This document shows positions 1 to 12,970 of a stretch of DNA of 64,000 nt, piece after piece; positions within the stretch are counted from its first letter, which is position 1, and each line of letters opens with the position of its first letter. The DNA is from Spizellomyces punctatus DAOM BR117 (lineage: Eukaryota), in NCBI GenBank assembly GCA_000182565.2, contig KQ257459.1. The stretch is one strand, 5' to 3'. The notes beneath the pieces are model-generated. The model was not told where the DNA came from, searched no databases, and saw nothing but the letters and a program-made list of their open reading frames with translations. Both the position numbers and the translations under genes were made by a program.

Positions 1-1015
1 TTTGCCATTGGTAACAGAGTCCTTTGCACATAATGTAAACCTGCTCAAAGTGCATGAGGAGCTGAGCCATCATGTTAGAGTTGAATTGTAACTCCTTACA
101 CGAAAGAGGAATGCATAGGTTGCTCCATCGTAAACGGTCACACCAACAATGTGCAGGAAAGTATAAAGGAACCTGACGCCGCCATGATGAATGTACTTGT
201 AAATGTCAGAAGGGCTCCATATCCAGATCATTGGCCAAAGAGCTAAACGGGAATCTTAAATATGTAGCGGCAATGGGTTTCTCAATCAGCAAGGTTACAG
301 TACCTGCATTCTCGTCATCTAGCTGGATCCCCACCGGGACATACCATGATATCGTCGTCCCCAAAAACGCACCCAGGAATATTGCTAATTAAAACAACTG
401 ATCAGAATCATCCCACGGGTTCAAAAGCACATGTGTAGCATTTCCTCATACCAAACACCAATGTTTCCTCATGCCGCCGTACGGGTGCGAGAAGGCCGGA
501 TCTTGCTGCCAAGGTAGAAAGATCATTCGGCTTTTGCCCTCGGGTTAAAAAGTGCAGAACGAGGAGGAATATCGACGTCGTCAGGATATAACTACGCAAT
601 AAAAAAAAACACGAGTTGAAAATAGGTGACGTTTACTGTTTTCCACCTTTTCAAGAACTTACAGCACCAAGGCGAGCTGGCCTAATCCCATCATGCCTTG
701 AACCGTCATCAACATTCTAATGTAGGCACCCAACACGACGACCACTAAGCACAAGCAGACCACGTTGACCACTTTTGCGATTTTCCGCATCATAGGCCGA
801 CATTCTAAACATGGGTCCACCCCGAAAAGAAACGCAAGGAAGCGTGCCCCTTTGAACGTCGATAGCGAGACTGCTTGATAGTCTATTGATTCAAGATCCA
901 ACATGGACCATGTTTTTCTACCCTTGATGTGTGTTCTCCCCAGCGAAAGGGTTTCCGGTGATGCATAGCTCGTCTCTGGATCGCATTCAACGGTTTTAAC
1001 GATGAGGAGAGTCAT
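1..1015 (-). CDS. Multi-exon polytopic membrane protein, 3' end outside window (possibly 7TM ion-channel / gustatory-receptor-like)
   Basis: Exon 1 (663-1015) ends at a GTAAG donor. Intron 592-662 and three further GT-AG introns keep one frame: ...ARFLAFLFGVDP...VVNVVCLCLVVVVLGAYI...LYILTTSIFLLVLHF...AIFLGAFLGTTISWYV...FLYTFLHIVGVTVYDGATYAFLFRLLMHFEQVYIMCKGLCYQWQ. At least 4 hydrophobic segments. Confidence 0.7.
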
Positions 1016-2372
1016 GGTTGGGTGTCTAGCGCTGGTCCATAGGGCTATTAGTAGTTAACTGGGTTAATGTGCAAGGGTTTTTTCGTTATGGGTCGAGATG
1101 CACATCCGCGATCCGCGGTTTTAAATGTTATTTATTTCCTTGCAATAAGCTAGGTTGATTACCCAGCATTCTATTTTTAGGGATTGCCATAAAGTAACAT
1201 TCATGGATATAGAGAAGGGATTGTAATGGTTTGGCAGATCCCTCAAATGCCACAAGTGCGCCCTGCATGGTATTGACGATAATCGTACCAAGGGACCCTA
1301 AATGCTCGAAATGTTTAGGGGTAGCTTTGATTGTCATGCTTAATCCAGTTTCTTTTGAGAAAAACAAATCCCACAATCCTGGATGGTCACCCTGCAAGCG
1401 TTTACAATTCTAGATGTTTGACAATCAGTTCAAATGCAGACAAGTTAGAGGTCCTTTTTTGAATGGAATCAGAAAAGTGTGAAATGTGTAAGAGCTCACT
1501 ACCAATGCACTCCTACACAAAGAGAAAGACTGCGAGCGGGTGTGAACACTCTTGTTCTCTGCACCATGCTTGAGAGACGCGCTATAGTTACAAGAGTGCA
1601 TCACTTCAAAAAGTGCAATATGACAAAAAAAGGCGAGCCCATCGCAACGACGCAGCCGGACAGACCCCAATGTACGGTGGGTATGGGCGGTCTGCGCGGA
1701 TGAAGAAGCAAGCCCACTCTAATGTCCGCAGCGGGACACAACCAGTAATGGTCGGTGGACATGAGCCTTCTGTTCAAAAAGGCGATGGCAGATGGTTAGA
1801 GGAAGAAGCCCAAAGGAAGAACACACCTAGAATGTTGGTTGTCTTGGTTGCCATGACAACAAGAGCACAATTTAGCCATGAAAGGCAATTTGACTACGCA
1901 TTGTAGCACGTGATCTGTCAGTTGGGAAATGGCCCCCATGGAACCCACTTTGCTTGCTTTGCTGGAAGGCTTTCCATCATCGGTCTCACCCCATCTTGTG
2001 CTCATTTCGCCTTAACGGCCTGCCTGCATCGCCCTCTATACGACTCTACAGGACAGTCACTATTGCTCTGTCCTTTTATCTCCACGTCATTCCGGTTTCC
2101 TAGTGGGACGGATCTGGAATCATCGACGTTGTGGGGCGCGTTGCCACTTTGGAGGCAGCGATTGGACTAAACGTTTAAACGTAAGTACAGTGTGAAATGT
2201 AAAAAGAGTCTGTGGATGAATTGTGGAAAGGGATGTGATAAGGCGGATCGAGTGCATGCGTTGTGAAATGAAAGTTTTCAAGTTGGTCCATGGGCAATGG
2301 GAGATCTGATTCAGATTGGAAACTGAACTCCCTTCTTACTGACAAAAAGAATCCAGGCGATCCGACGTTGGA

Positions 2373-5300
2373 ATGTTTAGCGGCTACGGCTCGTCTGGCT
2401 TTGGCCAGCAGCAGCAGCGTCCTGCTAGCACCGGATTTGGCGGAAGTAGCTTTGGTCAACCTCAACAGCAATCAACTTTTGGCGGTACGTGATCGATGTG
2501 ACCTGGAAATTTAGTGCGAATCTCTCATTGCTATGGCTTCTTAGGTTTTGGGCAGCAGCAGCCACAGCAGCAGCAACCAACACAACAGCCAAGCACATTC
2601 GGCGGTGCGACTGGTGGATTTGGCCAGACCAGTACGTTTGGTGGAACTCCAGGTTTGTATGCATTGTGTGTATTGATATCATTATATCTAATGATTGTTG
2701 CTTCCAGGTGGTGCATTTGGCGGAGGTACCACTCCCGGGGGTGCATTTGGAAGCACTGGTTTCGGCAGTAGCGCTGGTACTTCTTCATCAGGTTTCGGCA
2801 GCACGTCAACGGCACCGACTGGTGGATTTGGCGGCTTTGGTACTGGTAAGTCCGAGTTGATGATTAGGCTGCAAGAGACTCGAAACATCAAACATGTCCC
2901 ACCCTTCATGTGATACAGCGAGTGCTGCTCCAGCTACTGGCGGATTCGGCGCAACCTCTGGAGCAGGTGCCTTTGGACAGAAACCTAGTACTGGGTTCGG
3001 CAGCTTTGGAGGGGCTACCCAACCAACGCCGAGTGGATTTGGCGCGAGCACCACAGGTTTTGGCGGAGCGGCCACAAGCGGTTTTGGAAGCACTGCTGCC
3101 CCCACTGGTGGTCTCTATGGAGCGACTGCTGGAGCCACGAATGAGCAAGCCAATAATGGGACGGGTAACCCGCCCTTCAGCGCCCCGGCTGAGAAGGAAG
3201 GAAACCTGGGGGCGGCCGTGAACCTTCATAACATTAGTGCCATGCCCGCCTACAAGCACTGGTCTACCGATGTAAGTGAGGTATCAGTTTGCACTTTACC
3301 GAATGCGGTTCTAAGATATCTTAATCCACAGGAACTCCGATTCCAAGATTATCAAATGGGGAAACGGTTTGCTGGAACTGGTGCGGCTGCTCCAACGGGC
3401 GGGTTCGGTAGTGGATTTGGTACGTCCACTAGTACGCTCGGGCAGACTACGCAAGGCGGAGCCTTTGGCACGACTACTTCTGCCCCTTCCGGTGGGCTTT
3501 GGTCTGGTGGTGGTGGATTTGGGACCCAACAACAGCCGGCTTCGACCGGGACCGGATTCTCAACATTCGGAGCGACAGGTGTGTGTTTGCAGAGACTTGG
3601 TCGTTACTGTCGAAAACGGCTGATTATGTCATCTTCCAGGTGGATTCGGACAAACCCCAGCGGCATCTGCTCCCGCCGGCTTTGGACAAACAACTACAGC
3701 AGCAACCGGATTTGGACAAACCCAGCCAGCCACAGGGGGTTTTGGGGGCTTCGGACAAACGCAGCAACAAAAGCCAGCAGGATTCGGGCTCGGTACGTAT
3801 TGCCTATCTCATGTTTACTATCACTTATATGGCGAGCGAGTGACGTATCAAATCTTTAGGTACCGCAACCTCCGGCTTCGGGACCGGTACATCCACATTT
3901 GGACAAACGGCCCCGTCAACCACGGGTGCCTTTGGAACTGCTGGCACTACCACCACTGGGTTCGGCCAAGGGTTAGGTACGAGCGCTGCTCCTGCTACAG
4001 GCTTTGGTCAAACGGCGACTGCCGGCGGGTTTAGTGGACTGGGAACAACCTCAACTGCAGCTAGCGCTTGGGGACAGAAACCTGGTAAGTCAAGAAGACT
4101 GCCTATGTTGAATACTAGTGTTTACCGCTCGCCATTTACAGCTACCACAGGATTTGGCGGTCTTGGCCAGCCAGCCGCTACCACAGCGGCTTCATTATGG
4201 AGTTCAACACCTGCTGCCTCAACAGGCGCTTCTCTGTGGGGAACATCAACTGCCGCAACGCCAAGCTTGTTCGGACAGCAGGCTCAGGCGCAACCGGCAA
4301 CAGGCGGCCTTTGGGGTAATACGGGAGCCACGGGCTTTGCGACTGGCTTAGGAGGCCAGCCAAGCGGAGGTCTTTTCGGGTCGGCTCAGCCATCTACAGG
4401 TAGGGAGAGGGAGATTTGTGGGCAGATGTCTGGGGTTGCAAATTTGACTTACTGTTCGCCCATAGGTCTTGGGCTAGGTGCCAGCCAACCTCAAGTCGCT
4501 CAGACTGGAGCCTCGTGGTTCGGCCAACCGGCCACTTCAGCTGGAACAACATCACTGTTCGGAAATTCACAGATTGGCGGGGGCCTGGGTCTTGCCGCTC
4601 CCGCAGGCGGATCGCTCTTTGGTGGAGCTGTTACAACCGCGCCGATGGGATTCAGTGGAACACTTTCCTCAATGCCGGGTCAACCTACTTTAAGTGCTAG
4701 CATTGATAAGAACCCTTATGGAGTGAGCCAAATCTTTGAACCCTCTACAAAGAAGCCAGAACCTACGCTGCTACCTCTCCCGGAAAAGAAGAAGCCGCCA
4801 ATGACACCATATGCGAAGGTGTCGGCTCGCGAAGCATCCAAGATTAAGCTTCGAGGTTTTGGACCATCGCCGCTTACAAAGTCGCCTATAATCAACGGTG
4901 CTACTCGATATGAATCGGCGATTGGAACGCCGAAGGACGACGCAACTCTGGGTTTGGATACCCGTTTCACACCCCGCAAGAGTGTACGGCGACTGATTAT
5001 TGAAGATGAACCTGCCGAGACAAATGGAACGGCCACAACACCGGTTAGCAAAGGAAGGAGCACAACCAAGAAGACGGTCACGTTTGATCCGCGCCTGGAA
5101 AGGACTGCTGCTCGTCAGCTGACTAAAGAGTTTGCCGAGGCCCAGGAGGAGTACGGCGGAGAGAGTCCTGTACCGGGAACGCCGCCTTCGGCGCGTACGT
5201 TAAGCAGCGCCTCGTCGAGCGTGCGAAGTGGCAGCCTCTTGAGTAGTCCCGGTTCACCAGGGACACCGACACCTACTGGCCGAACCTTGTCTGCTGTTTC

Positions 5301-8300
5301 GCCACCATCGGCGCCATCTACTCCGGGTAGTGAAGGTGTCAGAAGATCGGCATCTCCAGCTAGCACTCCTGGAAGTCCCGCACGGGGTTCTGACTACCAA
5401 TTGGAACCACCGATAAGTCAGCTGCTTCTAAAGAGCGATGAGGAGCTCAAAGCCTTGGAGAATTTCAAAATATCTCTACCCGGTATTGGCTACGTCAGGT
5501 GGCTGGAACCTGTTAATCTCCTTGAAGCCTCTCCGACCAAAAACCGTGAAGGTCTTGGCCAGATTGCTGGCACAATTGTCACATTTCAACCAAAGTTGAT
5601 TACCGTATATCCTGATGACGCAACTAAGCCGCCGGTGGGGCATGGATTGAATGTTCGCGCAGAAGTTGCGTTAGAAAAATGCTGGGCTGTTGATAAAACG
5701 ACTAGAGAGTTCATTTTGGATGTAACTGATCCCCGACACGATCGACTTCTTAAAAAGCTCGAAAACATGCCCGAAACTGTTTTCATTGGTTTCCATAATG
5801 AAACTGGGACGTGGAAGTTCCAGGTGGAACATTTCAGTCGGTACGGATTGTTGGATGATGACGAGGAAGCGCCGCCACAGCCACCATCGCAGCAAAAACG
5901 GCCACAAACTGATCAGCAAAGTCCGTTTTTTCAGGACGCCCAGGTTGGCACACAAGGAGCGGGTCAACCCAATCTGGGCGATACTAGTGCAGACTCGGCG
6001 TTAGAGGACTCGATGATTCATATTAAGCGTCGTCCTCTTGTCCGGAAGCGACAAATTGTTGACCTGGCTAAAGAGTGGGAAGAAAATGTAAGCGAAGATT
6101 CTGAACAGGAAGAGGAGATACTAGAAGAAGAGGCAGAGGAAGAGAGTGATGATGAACCAATGGGAGTCTCCATGATTTATAGTCCGTCAAAACATCAACT
6201 GCCAGTCTCAACGAGTCCGACGATCGAAGAACCTGCATCCCCTCCCCTCACTCCGCGCGAAAAGAGATCATTTCGAGAAATGGAAACGGCTCACAGTGTG
6301 CAGAGAATGAAGGCATCGCTGTTTGGACCGACAACCAGCTCGCCTAATCCGACGGCTAAAAAAGCGACACCTAGAAAAGCTGTTCAGTTCAAGGTACCGG
6401 ATGTATCAATAGGCGGTGATTCCAGCTTTAGCGAGTCACAAGTAGACTGGTCCCTTTCCGTATCTTATACTCCACGAACGGGAGACAAACGCTCTCATCT
6501 TGATATTCCGACGCAAAAGGGATCTGAGGAGGTTGCGCGTCCTCGCCGTGGGTTTGGACTGTTGGACGAACTGGAAAACGCAGGAGCTGTGCAAACATCG
6601 ATGCAAGTAGACGTGGATGCGCAAGTTTCGCCTCCTGTGTCGCCAAAGAAGTACTTTAAAACGGACGCAAAGACTCTTCCGCCGCTGGAAAAGAGCGTGA
6701 TGTTTGGGCAAGATAAGCAAATCGTTGACGCGGGACTGATGATGGGGAGGAGTTTCCGAGTTGGATGGGGTCCTGGAGGGACATTTCTTTCAGTGGGTGG
6801 AGCTGTCGGCGGCATCAAATCCTTTTCAAACATATCCATACAAGCTGTCAAAGTGTTTGGTAGCACGGATGAGAAGACAATATCGATTGAGCGCAAGCGG
6901 CACGAAAAGACTTTGGAAAAGGCTTTAAATTACTCCACTACTGTGCGAACGGCTGTTGGATTGGACACTAGATGGGAGTATCAGATCCTTGATGAAGAAG
7001 AGAAAGATGATACATCTACTGGAGTTTCATCAGTACCCAAAGCCGTTTGGAAGCCAGATTTTCACTTTGTTCCTTTTGTTGACGCCATGGTGGAGGGTAA
7101 TGACTGGCCACGCCTTCGTCACGGTGAAGATCAAGTCTTGTTTGAAGAACAAGAGGCCCAAGTGTGGAAGCTTGCCAACGCTTTGTGGGATCCACTAAAT
7201 CACTCGAATGCGCCACAGTCGCAGTCACAGCTTTTGGAAAACGGATTAAGGCGCGAGATGATCAGCCGGTGGCTAAAAGAAGCCGTTATGAAAGAGACTA
7301 GTCGTGGGGCACAGTCAACGCATGGTGCTCGCAAGATATTTATACTACTCGCTGGTCGTCAAATGGATAAAGCTATCATGGCTGCCATAGAGAACAAGGA
7401 TTTAAGACTCGCCAGTATCCTGAGCCAACTTGGTGGACCCGGGAATCGAGTCTTGGCGTTGCGTCGAAATGCTCACTCTCGGGACCAAGGCACCGGTGGA
7501 CATGGCATACCCGGTCGATATGGAACGGACGAGGTTGTGGCTGAGATGTTAGTTAAACAATTGGACATTTGGGAAGCAGCCGAAGGGAAAGGTGGCAGTG
7601 GAATTGATGGCGAATACATGAATGTTTGGAAATTGGCGGCGGGCAACCTCGCGACCTGGGGATTAGAAATATTTGAGCTTGTTCAAGATTGGAAACGGAC
7701 GTTTGGGCTATTCTTTTGGTACGGTGGGTCAGCTGCATCGAGTCTCAACGAGGCTCTTGAACAATATGAACAAGGCTTTGAAGCTTCGAATGATGTAAGG
7801 CCGCCACTGCCAGCGTACCTCGAGGCCACTCAGGATAAAGTCACTGGAGACCGGCCCAAGGATGTTTGCTTTCATCTCCTTAAACTCTTTACGGAGCGGG
7901 ATTATCTCCTTGAAACCGCCCTTGACCCCAAAAGTATTTCACCGAACCAGCTTGACTATCGGGTCAGTTGGTTAATCTGGAATATATTGGCAAAGGTGAA
8001 AAAGGTGCGGAGTTCCGCGGATTCGAAACTGGAGTCTGTTGTCATTCGCGAGGCTTTCCCTGATGGCACAACCATGGAAGATGTTACCCAAGTCGAGGCA
8101 CGCTCAGTATCCACCGAGGATCGTTTGACGAGGGACTTGATGTGGCAGTTAGAAACGTTGGGCTTGTGGAAGTGGAGTATTTATGTTGCCCTTTTCTTTA
8201 GTCGGATAGAGGAACGGGAAAGAGCGATTCGAGAGTGTTTGGCTAGGTGGTATCCTCTGGCGGATAATAGCGGGAGCTGGATGGGTAATTCGGCGGTACT

Positions 8301-9335
8301 AGATGCGACGGAGGTGGACATGATATGTGATACTGAGGAGAGTGAGGATTGGAAATTTCTGGTCGAGACGCTCAAGGTGCCCAAGGAGTGGATTCATGAG
8401 GCTAGGGTACATTTCAAATTCTTTGCAATTTCTGATAATTGTTTTTGAAACTAACCTTGATTGCTTGTTTCTATTGTGGATAGGCCATGCGTGCCAAGTA
8501 TGAGGGAAATGTGGTGCAAGAAGCGATTAGTCTGATTGATGCAAAAGAGTATATTGTTGCACATCGGCTGATTGTCAGTAAGATTGCCCCTGAGAGGATC
8601 GTCAATGGTAAATATCACACAATTGGCATGTTCGTCCCTCGTTACGGTGCTAACACTGTTGACGCGCCTTGTATAGAGGAATACGATGACCTCAAGACAC
8701 TGCTTGCGCACATTCCACCAGATGCAATCGAGACGAGAAGTTGGGAGCGCGGCGGCAAACTCTTTATGGACTACATTGAGCTGATGGAACAAGTACCAGA
8801 AGTCATCAGCAAAGCACGAGAGTATTCAGTTGGCTATTCCCTCTGCAGCAGTCTTTTCTCCCGATCCGTCCATGCAGCATCCAGTGCTATTGACACTTCT
8901 GAACGACATCGGCGTGCAGCACAGGATGATTTGTCCTCTATTTGGATGCCCAAGATAACTCAAACGCTAGAACAGATTGCCGATGTGCGAACATTTGCCA
9001 CTCCAATCGGGTTGGATCGATACGGGTCGTCGTCTTCTTCTCGAGAGGGTGTTGCAAGTCGGGTGTGTCGAACCGAGATGGCGACACGACTTGTCACGTT
9101 ATGGGCGGATATTGAAATAGTTGTTGGGGGTTTGGAGGGTGGCAAGATTGAGGTACGTATTTTTGAGGTGCTTTTCCTGGCGATGCTGTGCACAGGTAGC
9201 TGACTTGCACTCCTTTACTTGTAGCCTATCAGTGGAGAACTCTTGGCAACTCTACCTATCCCTACGGGAAGTCGCATGATCATGTTACATCGGGTTGCGG
9301 CGGGTTGGTTTGAACAAATTGGTGTGGATGCATGA
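2373..9335 (+). CDS. NUP98: Nucleoporin Nup98-Nup96 precursor (Nup189/Nup145-like), multi-exon
   Basis: N-terminal FG repeats (MFSGYGSSGFGQ...). GLEBS motif NISAMPAYKHWS(TD)ELRFQDY. Autoproteolytic domain ending WKFQVEHF|SRYGL (HFS at 5830-5838). Nup96 start DAGLMMGRSFRVGWGPGG and Nup96 helical region (DWKRTFGLFFWY, QLETLGLWKWSIYV). Last exon ends ...WFEQIGVDA*. Confidence 0.96.
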
Positions 9336-9815
9336 GGGATTTTTTTGGAGGCACAGTGTGAGATATTGGATGTAATGGAAATACACAGATACTGTTTTTT
9401 TTTTTTTTTCTTGATCCTATTTTCTATTTTTTATCTGCTTTATAAGTTGAGGAACGTTGGAGTTTTCAAGGAGCATGAGCTTTTTTGCTGTGCTGTATTG
9501 CTCCTTGAAAATCGAAGAAAAAAAGAATCCAAAGCTGATCGGTTGCTGGGTATTATTTAATGTGCCGCGATCGAGATGAACGCGAGAAACTCGGTGGTTA
9601 CGTCACAAGGACGTGGCGCATGCCCGACGTCGATATGATGCGCATTTCAACGAAGATGTTTTTACGACAAAGGTTTTTAAAAACGCTGTTGGAAAAGTCT
9701 CGGGACTGGAAGTGATTCCAGAATATCATTTTTTTGAAATTATAGTAAAGACATTTGCAGGGAGCTCTCGAGTTGCCATTTTCACGTATTGTTTAGAGCA
9801 TTGGATAGCGGAGAC

Positions 9816-12536
9816 ATGTCGACCACAGCAGAGTCGTCAAGTCAACCATTAACTACCGAATTCGAGTCCCTTCTACAGTCGCAACGAGCACGAACTGACG
9901 CATTACACCATCCGGCACCACCCATCAGGAATGAGTCGCTGGGAGTCATTAGTGAGGAAGGGGATGTGGAAAGTGAAAGAGTAGCGGGATTACGAGATAA
10001 AGGTCCAGAGAACCATGGACTATCAACGAATCAGGCATCGGCGAGCAAAGTGGGCAAGGACGCAGCTGCCAGACCTAGTGGAGACGATCCCATTCTTGAG
10101 CAAGAATTCCAAGGGTTAATGCACAAATTGACCCACCCACCGCAACAACCTTCTCACCTTAGTAGCACAACCGACTCGAAACACAATATCAATTCTCAGC
10201 AAGTCAACCACACGGATGTGCCTTCTTCGAATGATGGTGAACTTGGTGGAGAGTTTGAGGGGCTAATGTATCGGCTTACGCACCCGATGCAGCATGAAGC
10301 TCCTCGGAACGAGACAAGTGGCGAAAGCACTGACCACCCGACGGAAAGCAGAGTGAGCATCACAACGCAGGCCAAGCACAACCCAACTGCGGCCGAGGGG
10401 AGATTGGAACAAGAGTTTGAACATCTCAAGCATCAAGCGTCACGTCCGTCACAAGCTGTTCATAATCAGCCTGCGTCAGAATCTAGCGAGCAACCACGAG
10501 AGAAGACCGCGGTGCAACATCCACATGCTCCTACAGCAAGAGACAAGCGACTTGAGAAGCAGCTCGATGAGCTACTTCATCCGCCGCGAGATCACGAGGC
10601 GGGACCGAGAGCTACATCCCCACAAGATACGCGGTCGTTAGCACAATCTTCAGACCATGATCGGACAGTACATACACCTAGCAAGAGGGATCAGAAGCTG
10701 GAACAGAAATTTGAAGAACTTGTCAGGAGTCATTCGATCGTAGACAGCTCTAATGCGGAGACGGGCCCAAAAAAAGAACAACCGAAAGACACAAGTCACC
10801 ACAAAGACTCGCAAAGCCGACCGACGGGCCCACGAGACTTGAAGCTTGAACAAGAGTTTGAAAATGTAGTACAAAACCTTTCGCATCCTTCTTTACCGGC
10901 GGACAAATCCGCTGCTGACCACGTCCCGAGCAACGAGGAAAAGAAGCCGGTTGAACGATCGGGACAAGAGCACATTCACCACAATCCCAAACTTGAGCAG
11001 GAGTTTGAGCAATTGAAACACAACGTCGCTCATCCTCTACCAGTTCAGACACAATCTGATGAGAGGACCGTTCACTCTTCTCAAATACACGATACCACTG
11101 GTCACAACCAGTCTGCCGAAGGTGTAAAGCGAACCCATCACGATCCCAAACTTGAACACGAGTTTGAGCAGCTCAAGAACAAGGTGGCCAAACCCCAGCC
11201 TGTACAAAGTCAGCATCAACCGGAACACTATCAGACAGACAACAAGGAGCGCGCCATTCCCGATCACCTTCCGAGTTCACGGAACCCTAACCTTGAGAGT
11301 GAGTTTGCAGAACGAGTACTTAGTGCCGCTCAAGCATCTCATGAGGTTGGAGGTGCCAAGGTTACTGGAAAGAAGGAAGAACTGCGGACCTCGCCCGGTG
11401 ATACTGCACATCAATCGACCTCCGAGTCAAATACACTGGGAAAGGAGTTTGATGGTTTAGTTAATGAAAGTCAACAAGCCGCTGTGGCAGTGGACAGAGA
11501 TGCACAACACCGAGAAGAGCATGTTCCGGCTCCTCCTTCTGGAGGTCTAGTCCCTTTGGACAAACCGGACACAGCGGGTCGCTCGCAGACAAAGCAGAAA
11601 GCAGGGGCCCATACTTTGCCCAAGAAGCTCTCTACAAGGTTCACAAACCTTTTGGACCGGGTTAAAACATCGAACCCGCACTCACCCAACGAGCATCCAG
11701 AGCATGACACATCGACCATGACTCGTAGCCCCAATGTGACAGCTGGCTCCTCATCCAATGATCGGTATGGTCAACCGGCTTCCAATTCCAATGCAGTAGG
11801 GCAAGAGCTAGCCAAACCTTTGGAGCATACAGTTGACAAATTGGAGGGCAAGTCTCAACGTGAGCAAACTGCGATGGAAAGCACAGATGCAGGAAGCTCA
11901 AGTGGACTTCCCACTCATGTGGCGAGCGACGGCCGACTCGTGTACGCAGACGCAGATCGTCCGGCGGACACTCACCCAGCGGAAAGGAAAGCCCGATCCA
12001 AGCGATCGTTCATGGATCTGCTTCGTGGTGTATTCAAGTCGGGCAAGAAGAGGAAGGGTGAGCGTGGAAGGAGGAGTGCCTCGGCACCTGCTCCAGGAGA
12101 CCGCTCAGGTACTGTCAATAACAAGGCTATGACTCGTGGTGACCTGGGAGAGCATGGGGAGTGGCGGACACATCAAGACGGCGGTGAAACATCTAATCAA
12201 CCTCAACCTTCTGAAGATGTGATCAAAAGTCCAGAGGTGGAAAACAAACGTTCCGCGAGCATGGATGCATCCTTATCGACCATGAAAGACCTGGATAGTC
12301 CCGCACCATCATCCGAAACAACCAGTCAATCCGATCCTACCCCATCCCTCAAAGGACATCAAGTACCAATGGTACCCCATCCCAAAGTTCTCCTTGCCCC
12401 AGTTGAGTACGGTCTGAACACAAGTAACCTTATTGTCCATCGCCGCCAGGAAATGACAATTGTAAATGGGGATGATGAGGAAGTGAGGATTTCTTTGGAT
12501 GAGACTAGAGTTCCACTCATTGCACCGGGAATTTGA
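9816..12536 (+). CDS. Uncharacterised ~906-aa hydrophilic repeat protein (L-E-x-E-F-E-x-L helical motif ~12x)
   Basis: Single 2.7-kb ORF (first ATG 9816), H/S/Q/E/P-rich, with a recurring LEQEFEqL..xHP motif. Confidence 0.85.
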   Translation: MSTTAESSSQPLTTEFESLLQSQRARTDALHHPAPPIRNESLGVISEEGDVESERVAGLRDKGPENHGLSTNQASASKVGKDAAARPSGDDPILEQEFQGLMHKLTHPPQQPSHLSSTTDSKHNINSQQVNHTDVPSSNDGELGGEFEGLMYRLTHPMQHEAPRNETSGESTDHPTESRVSITTQAKHNPTAAEGRLEQEFEHLKHQASRPSQAVHNQPASESSEQPREKTAVQHPHAPTARDKRLEKQLDELLHPPRDHEAGPRATSPQDTRSLAQSSDHDRTVHTPSKRDQKLEQKFEELVRSHSIVDSSNAETGPKKEQPKDTSHHKDSQSRPTGPRDLKLEQEFENVVQNLSHPSLPADKSAADHVPSNEEKKPVERSGQEHIHHNPKLEQEFEQLKHNVAHPLPVQTQSDERTVHSSQIHDTTGHNQSAEGVKRTHHDPKLEHEFEQLKNKVAKPQPVQSQHQPEHYQTDNKERAIPDHLPSSRNPNLESEFAERVLSAAQASHEVGGAKVTGKKEELRTSPGDTAHQSTSESNTLGKEFDGLVNESQQAAVAVDRDAQHREEHVPAPPSGGLVPLDKPDTAGRSQTKQKAGAHTLPKKLSTRFTNLLDRVKTSNPHSPNEHPEHDTSTMTRSPNVTAGSSSNDRYGQPASNSNAVGQELAKPLEHTVDKLEGKSQREQTAMESTDAGSSSGLPTHVASDGRLVYADADRPADTHPAERKARSKRSFMDLLRGVFKSGKKRKGERGRRSASAPAPGDRSGTVNNKAMTRGDLGEHGEWRTHQDGGETSNQPQPSEDVIKSPEVENKRSASMDASLSTMKDLDSPAPSSETTSQSDPTPSLKGHQVPMVPHPKVLLAPVEYGLNTSNLIVHRRQEMTIVNGDDEEVRISLDETRVPLIAPGI

Positions 12537-12970
12537 ATTGCAAGGGGAATTTTAGTGACGTATGTAGAGCGAGTAAAACTGAAATGGCATTTATAAATGG
12601 CCCGAAATATAAAGTTTTCATTTCTTTATTCGCGAGGCGCTGTATATTCGTTGTATTATATATCATGGTAAACATGGTAAACTTTATAAAGTGGTAAATT
12701 GATCCGTCCTTTATCCAAGTTTCCATCGCCCTTGTATCGTCCTATCGACGACACCGAGATCGGAACTGCTTTGGTAAGCTGTCATTTAACCTAATTGAGC
12801 AAAATGGGATTACTGACCTCGAGCGGGTAATCCGCTCACCTGCACTGCCACTCCATGAACTTGCCAACGCCCCGCCGCCGCCAGTTCGCTGTTTTATTAT
12901 TCATGTCTTTTAGCGCTATCAAATTAACAGGACAGCGCAGCGTCGATAGTCTTGACCACCTGTCTGCGTA

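Noticed and set aside
1128-1900. Small minus-strand gene (ORF 1128-1397 with an upstream CAG acceptor)
   Set aside because: Could not build a consistent spliced model or recognise a domain. It may be real but is unsupported.
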